Source: Pelagomonas calceolata | Lineage: Eukaryota | DNA length: 64,000 nt | NCBI GenBank assembly: GCA_918797485.1 | Contig: CAKKNE010000001.1 | Location: 2,046,001 to 2,110,000 of the forward strand | Direction of reading: 5' to 3' | Shown: positions 43,687-54,375 of the stretch, piece after piece | How positions within the stretch are numbered: position 1 is the stretch's first letter | How the letters are laid out: each line of letters begins with the position of its first letter | Made by a program: the position numbers and the translations under genes | The notes under the pieces: model-generated | What the model was told of the DNA's origin: nothing | Databases searched by the model: none | The model's input: only the letters and a program-made list of their open reading frames with translations

Positions 43687-45298
43687 ATGGGCGGCCACTG
43701 GCTCATTGCCTTGCTGGCGCTGCCCGGCGCGTGCCAGGAGCCGCCCAGCTACGAGCAGAAGCTAGAAATAGCACGTCACCGCATCGCCCAGCTCGAGCGC
43801 GTCGTCGAGCGGCTGCGGTCCGAGCTCGATGGGCTGCGCCCGCCCTTCGCGGCGCTGTGGCATGCCCGCGGAGTAGCGGCGCGGCAAGCGACGACGTGCG
43901 GCACGCCAGCGATGCGCGCGGTGCTCGACGACCTGAGGGGACGGCGACCGGGGACGCACGGCGAGGTCTGGTTCCCGTTCGAGGGCGGCGGTTTCGGCAA
44001 CGAACTGAACAAGTACCTGGCGGGATGTGCGCTCGCGATTGCTCTGAACCGAACGGCGCGGATCGTTGTAGGTGGGGCGAAGACCATTGGGCTCTTTGAG
44101 CCTCGATTAGGCGACTGGCGCAGCGATTCGGCGCCGAGCGGTGAAAACGCGACGACGCTGGATTATCGCGCCGCCGTGGCGTGCGCGCCACAGGCGTGTG
44201 GCGCTCGCTATGTGCCCCTCGTGCTGACGAAACCGAAGCCGCAGCCGCCCGCAGAGAATTCGACCCTCGCCCGCAAAGTCTACGCACACATAAAAGCGCG
44301 CGTCGCGTCGCCTCCTGCTTGGTCCGACCTCCTCGGGTGCCTGACCGCCGAAGCGCTACGACCGTCAGCAGCGGCGTTCTTCAGCTCTGAGAGAGTCGGG
44401 GAAATGGCGTGCCGCTCCACGTCTTGAGCGTGTCGCGTCGACGGGGTCTCGGTGGCTTGGACGCGTTTCCTCGACGATCGGCGCGATGGAAGGTGGGGTA
44501 GAGGTACTCTGAAGTACCCTCGTGATTTTACGCGGCCTCCACGCCATCGATCCGATTCGTCACGGCGATGACATGGGGCGCCGTCTGCGAGAGCTCGTGC
44601 GCCATCGACGCGGCGGGGGAGGTCGCGAGGTCTCGTCGATGGCGTGGAGGCACCGGAGTTCGCGCACGAGGCTCACCGCCAAAAAACACAGGTCGGCGCC
44701 GCTCGCCGACGAGCTCCGCGCGTACCTCGACGCCGCGCGCGGCCGGCCCCTCGTCGGCGTCCACGTCCGGACGACGGACCGCGACATGGCGATACACATG
44801 GGGCATACCGGCTTTTTGAGCCGCGGCCAGCGCCTTTTGGGCCGCCTCGACTACACGGGCGAGGTCCGGCGAGAGAACGGCTGCGTCACGGACGCGGCCG
44901 CCTACGGTCGGTGCGTCGCTGGCCTCGCGGCGAAGGCGGGCGACGCGACGTACTTTGTGGCGGGCGACGCTCCGTCGGCCGTCGACGCCGTGGCGAATGC
45001 CATTGCTCGCGCGGCCCCGAACACGACCGTCGTCACGACGCCGGGCCACCCGATCCACACGGGCAGCGTGGACCACGTCCAGCACGCGAACCGCACGCAC
45101 TACTCGGGGCACGCCGAAGGGACGCTGAAGGCGCTCGTCGACTTCATGATGCTTGTGGCCTCCGACGTCTTCCTCTCGAACTGTCCCGACGGCGGCTCGA
45201 CGTTCGCCTGGAACGTCCGCACCCTACGGCTAGGCGAGCGGGCCTTCTACGGCCGCGACGCGCGCGTCTGCGAGGGGCGAGTCGCGCTCGGCGCCTAG
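43687..45298 (+). CDS. Fucosyltransferase-like (GT23/GT37-like) protein with one intron near 44365-44691
   Basis: Signal anchor; GGFGNEL, VGVHVRTTD, YFVAGD, ALVDFMML..SDVF and STFA. Confidence 0.7.
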
Positions 45299-45587
45299 CG
45301 AGTCCCCCGGCCTAAGTTCTCGTCTATAGTCATTGGGAAGCTTTTTGACATCAAAAGCTCGTAGAACACGCTCGCGGGGGATAGCTCCCCCGAAACCCCT
45401 CCCTAGGCGCGTGCCCCCGCAACCCGAATTGATCGAGCGCCCGCAGGCGCAAGCGCACGTCGCAGAGGATACCTTGTCGTAAGAGGTCGACGGCGAGCGC
45501 GACCTCGTGTAGGACAAACGCCGCACAGACAGAACCCATAGCGTATGGTGCGCGCACGTAAGTGCGCGCGCGTAGATAAAACAACAT

Positions 45588-46571
45588 TTAAGCTCTACAC
45601 CACTCAGACGGGTACCCAACGATGACGTCGTTCTTCGGCGTGATGCCGAAGGGGCGCATCACGAAGTGCGAGACCGTGTAGCCCCGCTCCGCTGCGAGCG
45701 CGAGGCGGTCGCCGTCGATCACCGTCTTGCAGGCGCGCCGCTCCCGGTCGTCCGCCGTCAACTGGTCGCGGGCCGTGCAGTCGCCCGCGCGCGCGAGCGC
45801 CTTGGCCTCGTCCGAGCTGAGGGCCCCGCGCCAGACCGCCGACTTGGGTAAATCGAAACAAGCGGCGAAGGCCTCCGTCTTCGGCAGGCTCGACCGGGCG
45901 TTCCGCCCTCTGTTCGCCCGCTGCGCGAGCCGGCCGACGCAGCACGGGACGAGCACGAAGGCCGCGCGGCGGCGCAGGCAGGTCTCCAGCACCACGTCCG
46001 TCGCCACGCCGCAGGCGTGGAGCGCCACGCCGATGTCGAAGGGCCCAGTATGGCTCTCCGTGGAACCGACGCGGGCCGTGCAGCGAGCGCGCAGGGCCGG
46101 GGGCAGCGCGGCGATGCGTTCGCGCGCGATGTCGATCGGCCGCTCGCGCAGATCGTTGATCTCGACGGTGACGCCCTTCAGCACGGCGGCGGCCGGCAGC
46201 GCGACGTGGCCGCTCGACGCGCAGAAGTCGACGATGTGCGCCGGTCGCTTCAATAGCGCCGTCAGCTCCGCGAGTGGCCCCAGGACGTTCTCGATCTGGC
46301 GCCGCTTCCGCCAGGCCCGGATCGGCGGCACGCCGCCGCCCCAAAGCGGATCGCACGACCGCGGGAGCGCGCGGAAGTCGATGGCGCGGCGGCGGTGGCA
46401 CACTGCATCCGATGCTTGCCACTCGTCAAAGTGCCGCGGCCGACGCTCGCGCGCGACCGCGAGGGCCCGCTGCCACGCACTTGCCGGCCGGACCCGGACC
46501 GCGCCCTGCCGCCTGGCGACAGCGCGCCGCCGGCCGAACTGGGGGTTCGAGCGATCCTTCCAGTCAGGCAT
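45588..46571 (-). CDS. GSTCD-like methyltransferase, copy 2 (inverted near-identical paralogue)
   Basis: Protein almost identical to the one at 41009-41995. Confidence 0.8.
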   Translation of the reverse strand: MPDWKDRSNPQFGRRRAVARRQGAVRVRPASAWQRALAVARERRPRHFDEWQASDAVCHRRRAIDFRALPRSCDPLWGGGVPPIRAWRKRRQIENVLGPLAELTALLKRPAHIVDFCASSGHVALPAAAVLKGVTVEINDLRERPIDIARERIAALPPALRARCTARVGSTESHTGPFDIGVALHACGVATDVVLETCLRRRAAFVLVPCCVGRLAQRANRGRNARSSLPKTEAFAACFDLPKSAVWRGALSSDEAKALARAGDCTARDQLTADDRERRACKTVIDGDRLALAAERGYTVSHFVMRPFGITPKNDVIVGYPSEWCRA

Positions 46572-46971
46572 AGGCAGCAGTGGTCGCCCTGCTTGCTGGC
46601 ACAGCCGCCCCCAGAGACCGCTATAAATGCCGGCGTCGGCGGCAGCTGGCAGACGGCATATTTATGAGTGATTGATTTGATCTATCAGTACCAGTGCGCG
46701 CCCGAAATCACGCCCTCCCTCCCGCCAAGCCCTCGCAACCGCGCTAGCGGAAGTAAGACACTAGCGGAGCAAAAGCGTCTCGACGTCATAGGTGCCAAGC
46801 CGGCTGCAAGGGTAGTGGTAAGCGCAGTTGCGTGATCAACGGACACCTCCGTGCTGCGACGCTCGACGCTGGTGCGCCAACTTACTGCGCGCGCCTTCAG
46901 TCGGCGATTTTAGCTAGTCTAGTTGGTCAAAGCAAGCAAGCCGCCGCGGCGTGCGCATCGGTGCGCCGGCC

Positions 46972-47511
46972 ATGATTCTGTTGGGATTCATACACGACCT
47001 CGCCAACGGCAAATACGTTGATTCGCCGAGAGACGCGAATCAGCTCGCGCGGTTCGCGGCCGTCTGCAAGGAGGCCGCTTATCTGTCAGCAACTGGCTGG
47101 CTAGATGATAGGTTTGTGGAGCACCCCTCGCTCGACGGCGTCTGGTTCCGGGATTTCACGAGGGAAACACTCGAGGAATTCGCCGTTCTTGAAACGACGT
47201 ACGAAGACCGCGAGTTTATGACTGAATACTTGAAACAATTCGTTAAGGCTCTTCAGTCGTTGTGGGATTGCGATTTTGCAGAGCTCGAAGCCGACCGCAG
47301 TGAGCGCGAGTTAAAGGAGAGTATATTACGGGCTCGGGCGGCGGCCGAGGAGAGGAGAGCCCAGCGCGCGGCGGACCGGAAACGCCTTCGCGAGGAGATG
47401 CTGAGCGACGAGCATTTCCGAAAGTACCGGAAGCAGGCGGAGGAAGGCGACGCCGAGGCCGCGGCGTTCTTTGAGAGCGTTGGCTGGCCCGTCACCGAGC
47501 CCGCCGAATGA
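46972..47511 (+). CDS. Hypothetical protein
   Basis: ATG-initiated ORF of about 179 aa, charged and helical. Confidence 0.5.
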   Translation: MILLGFIHDLANGKYVDSPRDANQLARFAAVCKEAAYLSATGWLDDRFVEHPSLDGVWFRDFTRETLEEFAVLETTYEDREFMTEYLKQFVKALQSLWDCDFAELEADRSERELKESILRARAAAEERRAQRAADRKRLREEMLSDEHFRKYRKQAEEGDAEAAAFFESVGWPVTEPAE

Positions 47512-47608
47512 GCGCGCGGCCCGGCTGTCTAGTATGTAATGATGTTTTGTGCCAGTGATTCAGATTCTCGGTCGCGTCGCGTCGATGGCGTATAGGGGGT
47601 TCTCAACC

Positions 47609-48821
47609 TCAACTTACCCCAAACAAAACCCCCAAGACAAAAACAAAAAAGCAGCCACCAGCAGAAGTCCGCGCCGCCCCGTCGCTATCCTTCCTCGTAA
47701 TGCACTTGCAGTCGTCGCACGCATCTAGGTCCGGCTGATTTGGGTCCGGTTGCTGACAAAAACCGTGATTTTGGCACCTCCGCCCGTCGTAGGGGCCGCC
47801 GTTGCAGACTCGCCCCTCCGGGTCGGGCGTCGGCGCCGGCGTCTTCTCGGGCTCGCACGCTCCGAGCGCCCCGGGGTCCTCGGCACGGACGCCGCGCAGG
47901 ACGCCGCCTGCGCGCGTACGCGACGCCGTGAGGCCGCGTCGATGGCGTTTGGGGGTATTTCTCTCGTCGGAGGCGTGGCCGTAGGCTCCGCGCCACGGGC
48001 GCCGGCGCAAAGTCACCGCGACAGAGAACAAACAAAGGAAGGGAAACGCAGGACACGGCAAAACACAGTCGTTCGACTGGCACGGGGAGGTGTGAAACGC
48101 CCGGTCCACGGTCGCGAGCGTGCACCAGCCGAGGTCCTGGTCGAAGGCCGAGGCGCCGTAGAACATGCGGTCGATGGTCTCGGCGTTGTCGACGCGCCAG
48201 TCACCTGCGCGGGTCCGAGATCGCGGCGATGGCGTGCTGGTGGGTATTTTTCTCAGCTCGGACTGTCGCGGCGATGGCGTGCTGGTCACGCGCCAATGTC
48301 CTCGTCGAAGGAGAATTGCGTCGATAGCGTATAGGTGACGAAAGTCCGATTGCAGCGATGGCGTGCTCGTAACCAAGTCCAAAAACAAAAAGGACGCCGC
48401 AAAACACCGATGTCTTGGTTGAACACCTCCGCGTAGCAGAACATGCACTCAAAGTCCTTGACCTTGCGGACGTCCCAGGCGCCTGCGCGGGTTCGGCTCC
48501 CGGCGGCGCAGAGGACTCGGACGCGGCGAAAGCACCGATCGGTTGATCGAAGTCGATGGCGTACCAGAACATGCGGTTCATCGACGTGACGCTCGACGTG
48601 TTCCACGCGCCGATGTCCTCGTTGAAGTCAGTCGAAAAATGAAACAATTTCTCCATGTCGACCACGTCCGCGGTGTCCCACGAAGAAATGTGGCCGTACG
48701 TCGCCTCGGCGGCGGCGGGATCGGACTCCCACAATTCCACGGCGGCTTTGATCGTGTTGTCGTCCATCGCGCGGCCGCCGCCGACGAGCCCGGCGGCGAG
48801 CACTGCAGCGCAAAGTCGCAT
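47609..48821 (-). CDS. DUF285/BspA-like surface repeat protein with C-terminal hydrophobic anchor; 3 introns including 47908-48066
   Basis: YGHISSWDT..DMEKLF..FNEDIGAWNTSSVTSMNRMF..FDQPIG and FDQDLGWC repeats; signal peptide. Confidence 0.8.
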
Positions 48822-48986
48822 GGTTGAGGCACCTCCTGGGCTGCGTCGCGCCGACGGCGTGCGGGCGGACGTGCCGAGGCCGGGGGCAGCTTTTTGCGAC
48901 CGGTTCGCTCGCAGGGGCTGCTGCACAGCGTTGTACGTTGTGCACATAATGCGCCGGTCAAATCTAGAGTGTAACTACTGGCACAC

Positions 48987-49335
48987 ATAAATAAAATAAA
49001 TTAATGAATTAATTAATTAAGGAAGACCTAAAAAAAGGAACAAGCTCCTAAGAGCCTTCTCCGTGCTCGGTCAGGATGCCCAACCGGAGCTTCGAAATAG
49101 CAATAAGGTATCTATACACAGTATTCTCAGTCTCATGAGGTAAGTCGTCACTCATTAAGAAGTCGCAATGACCTTCGGGGCTCAAACCACGCGCGATAGG
49201 GTGCAACTCGTATAATCGTTCAAGGAACGTGCGGCGTTCTTTCGTAAAAGCCGGGCATTCGAATAGGGTATGTTGAATCGTTTCCGACTCGCGGGATTCG
49301 CAACAGGGACATTGCGCGTTACGGACAAGCTTCAT
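48987..49335 (-). mobile_element. 3' remnant of a non-LTR (LINE) retrotransposon
   Basis: CPCC..ETIQHTLFECP CCHC knuckle typical of ORF2 C-termini; lower GC; followed by a (TTAA/TTTA)n tail. Confidence 0.65.
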
Positions 49336-49600
49336 TCGGGAGCTCGAGCTCCGGAGATCGAGAGACAGTGAGACTCAAATAATAACGCGCGTGGCGCCCG
49401 GCCGCGTCCCCTCCGGGTAGGGCCGATGCGCCCCCATCGCGGGCCTGGGATTCCGGCGTCCGACCTGCTCCCCCCTCGCCGCCGTCGCCTCCGGGCCAAC
49501 ACTCGGGGCGACGGCGTACGTGGGCGGGGGCGCCCGGGGCGGGCATGCGGTCACGCAGACCCTAGCTCGAAGCAGAACAAAGCCAAAAAAGAGAATACTA

Positions 49601-51250
49601 CTACAAAACTACACGACAGAAGAAGCAGAAGAAGAAGGCGCTCCATCGACGAACTCGAACGGCGGCACGCGCCCCAGCCTCCCAATCATTGCCACCAGCC
49701 CGGCCTGCGTGGAAACCAAATTTCGGGCGCCCCGCCGTACGTGCGGCAGCAACGCCGAGCCCGACGCGGCCGATGGTCGTGCCGGCCGTGCCGACGAACA
49801 CGTCGGCGGCCGCGAGGAGCTCGAGGTCCGCGAGGAACGTGACGAGCGCGTGGCGCGCGTCGAGGTCCGCCCGGTTCTCGATGAAGGCCGCCGGTGCGCG
49901 GCGCCCGAGCGTCGCGTTCTCGGCGCCGCCGAGGCGGTGCCTGTCGAAGGCGAGGGCCTCGACGGCGAACCCGGGCAGCAGCCGGCGGAGCTCGCCTGCG
50001 CGCGGAAAGGGGCGCGTCGACGGCTCGCGCGGGGCGTCCGGAAGGGAGCGAGGAGGACGACCGCGGGACAAGCCGGCGCAACGTCACCGCGACGGAGAAC
50101 GGGTCGAAGAGGACCGCGGAAGGGAAAACAACAAAAACAAGGGACGCGGCACAACGCCGACGACGGTCGGCGAGTCCGTCGCCACCGCGACACGTTGGAC
50201 GCCGTACGTCCGGCGCATCCGTCGGAGAGCCGCGGCGTACGCGCCGGCGGGGTAGCACGCGCGCAGCGTCGGGTCGCCCTCGTCGCCGAACCGCTCGCAC
50301 GCGTCGCCGCGTCGCACGTGCACGCCCGCGGTGAGGCCTCGCCCGGCGGCGCGCCGCAGGGGACCGAGGAGCTGGTCCCGCGCCGTCGCGGCGCAGGGGC
50401 CCGCGCCCGCGAGCCGGTGCCGCACGCCCGCGGCGAGCCGCCAGAGGCCGGGCGGCAGGTCGACGTCGTTCTCTACCGTGCCTCGCGGCGGATCGACGAC
50501 GCCGGCGCAGGCCGGCGGCGCGAACCAGTCGTCCTGGGTCGCGCCGCATCCCCCGCGAGGCAGGAAGCGCCAGGCCGCGAGCTCGGGGCGCGTGTGCTGG
50601 AACGGCCTGCGCGGGAGTCGCGTCGATGGTGCAGGGGAGGAGCCGCTCACGGACGCCGGACGCCGGACGGCGCCGCCCAGCAGCGGCGGATGCCGTCGCG
50701 CTCCTTCTTGGCGGTGGCCTGTGCGCGGACGTGTCTCGCCGTCCGCCCTAGTACAACATCCCGGGGCCGACTCCCACGGGAGGGCGCGGGACGGCCGCCC
50801 GCGACGGACGTCGCGCCGGACACGCGTCAAGAAGGAGGCCGGCGCGTCACCAGTAATCGGGCTGCCGCTGCACACGGTGGCTCCCAAATCACGGGCGACG
50901 CGGCACGCGCGGGCCAGGATCGACGGCGTTGATTGAAAAGGGACGCGGCGCCAGGCGACGCCATAGTAGAAGAACTTGCCGAGCGACAGGTCGGGGCGCG
51001 GCGCCGCGCGAGTCGGCGGCCGGGCGCAGACGCGCGCGCGCACCGCCGCGTCCCGGAGCCGCGTCTGCGTCGCGTTCGTCGCGAACGAGTAGGCGTCCGG
51101 GTAGTAGCTCGTGCCGCAGCGCAGCGCCGCGAGGCCCGCGTGGGCCGTTTCCGGGCACGCGTCCGCGGCGACGGCGCAGGCCGCGCTGCGTGGCCCGCCT
51201 TCCCACGCTGCGGCGAGGGCGCCGAGCGACGCGACCAGAGCGGCGCGCAT
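49601..51250 (-). CDS. GT23-like fucosyltransferase-like protein with several introns
   Basis: GVHVRRGDACE, VATDSP and DLELLAAADVFVGT; paralogue of the 21731 gene (LGKFF, WRFLP, GGAENATLG). Confidence 0.7.
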
Positions 51251-51536
51251 GGCGCCTCGACTGCCAATGAGCTCTTGGCGCTGCCCAACCGAGCCAGCCC
51301 GAGCTCGCTGCGCTGCCCGAGCACTGATCTCGCGTGCAGCCGCACCGACTCGTGGGCGAGTGCAGCGAGCAATTGCGGGCAGACCGCGGCGCCGCATTTC
51401 CGCCGGCAGCCGGGTTTTTCGGCGCTCGGGATCCGTGCTAGAGGGGCCAGCTCAATAAGCGGCTCTCTCTCTCTCTCTCCCGCACTGCATGAAGCGCTTT
51501 AGGATAGTAATAGTGCGTACTGTGTCTAAAACAACG

Positions 51537-52610
51537 TTAAGAAGCAGGCGCCGCGTTGAGCGCCGCGAGCGCATCCACCAGACTCGGCCGGTCCTCGGGC
51601 GCTTCGCTCCGCATGCGCGCGATGAGCTCCTCCAGCCGCCGCTTCGCCGCCGACGACGGGAACCGACCCTCCTGCAGGATTAATGGCAGCGCCCACGTCC
51701 GCGTCGCCAGGTCGAAGACGTGCGTGCGCGCGTCCACCCCGACGCACGTCGCCCGGCGGCACCAGCCCCGCGTCTCTCGCGCGCCCGCTTCGAAGCCGCG
51801 AATACAGTCGCGGAGCGCGCACCGCTCCATGTCGGACGTCCGCACGCAATCGTCGTCCCGGGAACAGTTCCTCCCCGGCGCCCCGGGGCCGTGGGTCCTC
51901 CGGGCGGCGTCTTTGGGCCGCCGGAGCGCCCAGTCCAGGGTCGCGGCGACGGGCGCGCCTGGGCGCGACTCCGGCGCGTCGATGGCGAAGACCTCGCCCG
52001 CGTCGTTTAGCGTGAACTGCGAGCCGTGCAGGTCCTCCATGTGGTAGCCTGCATCCGTAAACGACCGGAAGCACTCGAGGAGCGCCCGCGCCGCCTCGAC
52101 GGGCGCGTCTTGGCACCGCTTCAACCAAAGCGGCGACGGACGGCCCGACGGAGCGCCGCGGGTCCCGCGCCGCACCAGCGACGCGTCCACGCGCTGCACG
52201 ACGTAGTACACCCTCTCCTGGTCGATCCAGCCGCCGTACAGCGCGGGCACGCCCCGGCGCCCGCGGGCGACCTCGAGGTACAGCACCTCCGCGCGCACGG
52301 CGCGCTCGCCGCGGTGGTTCAAGGCCTGTTTGTGGAGCGCCCCGTGCGCGCGCGTCTTCACGAGCAGCTCCGGCCGGTCCACGACTTCGATCACCCTCTT
52401 GTAGGCGCCAGCGCCCAAGGTTTGGTTGAGGTCGCGCGCGAGCGAAGCCGTGAGCGTCCAGTGCCTCGGCGGCGGGGCACCCCGGAACCAGGCGGCCGCG
52501 GCCGTGGCGCGCGCGACGGCCGCGTCCGTCAGAGATACGGGCTCCGGGATCTCCCCGGGACACTCGCGGCCCGCCGCGAGGGCGTACAAAAGCAGCGGTG
52601 CTGCTTTCAT
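51537..52610 (-). CDS. Secreted PKDCC/VLK-like kinase
   Basis: Signal peptide; LGAGAYKRV Gly-loop, LLVK, EVLYLE, EDLHGSQFTL, IDAP and EDRPS. Confidence 0.7.
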   Translation of the reverse strand: MKAAPLLLYALAAGRECPGEIPEPVSLTDAAVARATAAAAWFRGAPPPRHWTLTASLARDLNQTLGAGAYKRVIEVVDRPELLVKTRAHGALHKQALNHRGERAVRAEVLYLEVARGRRGVPALYGGWIDQERVYYVVQRVDASLVRRGTRGAPSGRPSPLWLKRCQDAPVEAARALLECFRSFTDAGYHMEDLHGSQFTLNDAGEVFAIDAPESRPGAPVAATLDWALRRPKDAARRTHGPGAPGRNCSRDDDCVRTSDMERCALRDCIRGFEAGARETRGWCRRATCVGVDARTHVFDLATRTWALPLILQEGRFPSSAAKRRLEELIARMRSEAPEDRPSLVDALAALNAAPAS

Positions 52611-52990
52611 GCGCGCTGGTTAGGGTCTCGTCCTGCTGGTGGTGGAGACCATGCGAGCGGGTCCGGGCTGCCGGTCTGGAGCCGATTGCGTGCCTCTCTG
52701 GATAAAAATTACTGGCTTGGTGGCTAGTAGGGATGAGGCCTGCTAGTGTCTTGTAACTAGCCTGAGCCTTCAGCAGTTGATTGAAACGCCGACGAGGTGA
52801 CGCTGTTTGGAGCAACCTGACGAGCACTAAGGCTGTAGAGTCTAAGACAAAGCTAAAGATAAATCACTGGCGATCGAGCCCCGGGCCTCGTGAGCTCGCG
52901 GGTTTCTAAAAGGCCACCCCCTACTCTCTCTAGCGCGCGGGATTTCCTAAACGCGGGAGCCCTGGAAGCCGCAACCCGGATTAGGGGTCC

Positions 52991-54087
52991 CTAGTGTCTT
53001 GCAGGCTGCTGGCTACACACGGGGTAGCACCATTGGTCCTCGCGCTGGATCGCGACACGGGCCGCGGCGCCGCGAAGTCGCGCAGCGCGAAGACTCTCGC
53101 GGATCGGGCAGCCTCTGGCCGTCAGGTTGAAGGACAGGTCGCAGCGGTCCTGGCGCCCGCCGTGCACGTAGTCGTACTCGCCGCCGAAACAGACTAGGTC
53201 CGTCCTGCTCGCGAAGAGCGCCAGCTGGATCCACCGGAGCGGCGCGTCGCCCCAGCGGCTCGCGAAGATCTGCCCCGTCCTGCGCGGGGGGCATCGCGTC
53301 GACGGCGCATCGTCAAAAAAATTTTCACTGCGCGGGAGCCGGACGCGTCGACGGCCCGCGCGAGCGCCACGGCGCGCGGTTGCACGAACCAGGACACGTC
53401 CATAATTTCAAAGTTCGTGTAGAACATGGGCGCGGGGCAGTTTTTGTGGGCGTTCGGCGGGAAGCGGAAGAAGGCGTCCTGTATTTGTGGCACGCGCCGC
53501 GCATAGGCAGCGCCAAAAGCGGTTAAATTTCGCGCGACCCGCTGGTGGTCCATCTTGACGGCCACGTAGCCGTAGATGGCGCGCCGCCGGGCCATGACCT
53601 CGAAGGGGTCGCGCGAGTCCGCGCGGCACCGGAGCTCCGAGTCCGTGTCCAGGCGCAGCAGGTACGTCAGGTTCCGCACGTCCTCGAGCTCGAAGACGCC
53701 GGAGAACCAAAAGCGGCACATCCGGCGGTAGCCAAGGCCGAAGGTCCGCTGGCCCCGCCGGCGCGGCCTGTCCACGAAAGCCGGCGCGGGCGCCGCGAAC
53801 ACGTCGGAGACGTCCCGGGCCCGCAGGCGGAGCCCGGTCCGGCGCCGAAGCGCGGCCAGGCGCGGGCGCAGGGCGTCGCCTGCGGCGCCGCCCTCGTGGA
53901 AGACGATCACATCGTAGCGGCGCGCCCAATCGCACGTCCGCGCGAGCGTCGCGAGGTTGCGCAGCATGGCGTCGGTCGTGGCGGGGTTCGCGCCGTCCGC
54001 GAGGAGCGCGACGGCGGCGTCCGTCGCGCACGCCGGCGTCGAGAGCCAGAGCAGCCCGGCCGCCCAGACGCAGTTGCGGCGCCGCAT
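52991..54087 (-). CDS. GT15 (Kre2/Mnt1-like) alpha-1,2-mannosyltransferase-like protein; intron near 53280-53343
   Basis: YRRMCRFW, YLLRLDTDS, DPFEVM..YGY, FYTNFEI and (after splicing) RWGDAP. Confidence 0.85.
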
Positions 54088-54375
54088 CGCAAACCGCAAC
54101 GATGGGGCAGATATATGGGCGACGTAGAGCTGGCCACTGGTCCTCTCAGACACTTTGCCATTTACCAAGTAAAGACCTGCCCCGGGGAGCGGCTACCAGG
54201 GCTCCCGCGCCTACGAGTCCGCGCGCAGCTAGCGGCCTTAGTCACTAGCGCCAAAAAAAGTGATTTTTCAGTGTGATTTTTTAATTCCGGGGCAATGCGC
54301 GTCGAAAGTTTTTTGAGCGAAATGCTCGCCCCCTTCGCACCGTAGCTGCCTGCACTGCACGACACGGGACAGCTG

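Noticed and set aside
49380..49560. HDV-like ribozyme at a retroelement 5' end
   Set aside because: I could not build the nested double pseudoknot by eye; it needs a covariance-model search.
52981..52986. Telomeric TTAGGG
   Set aside because: Isolated single hexamers here and near 57764, with no array.
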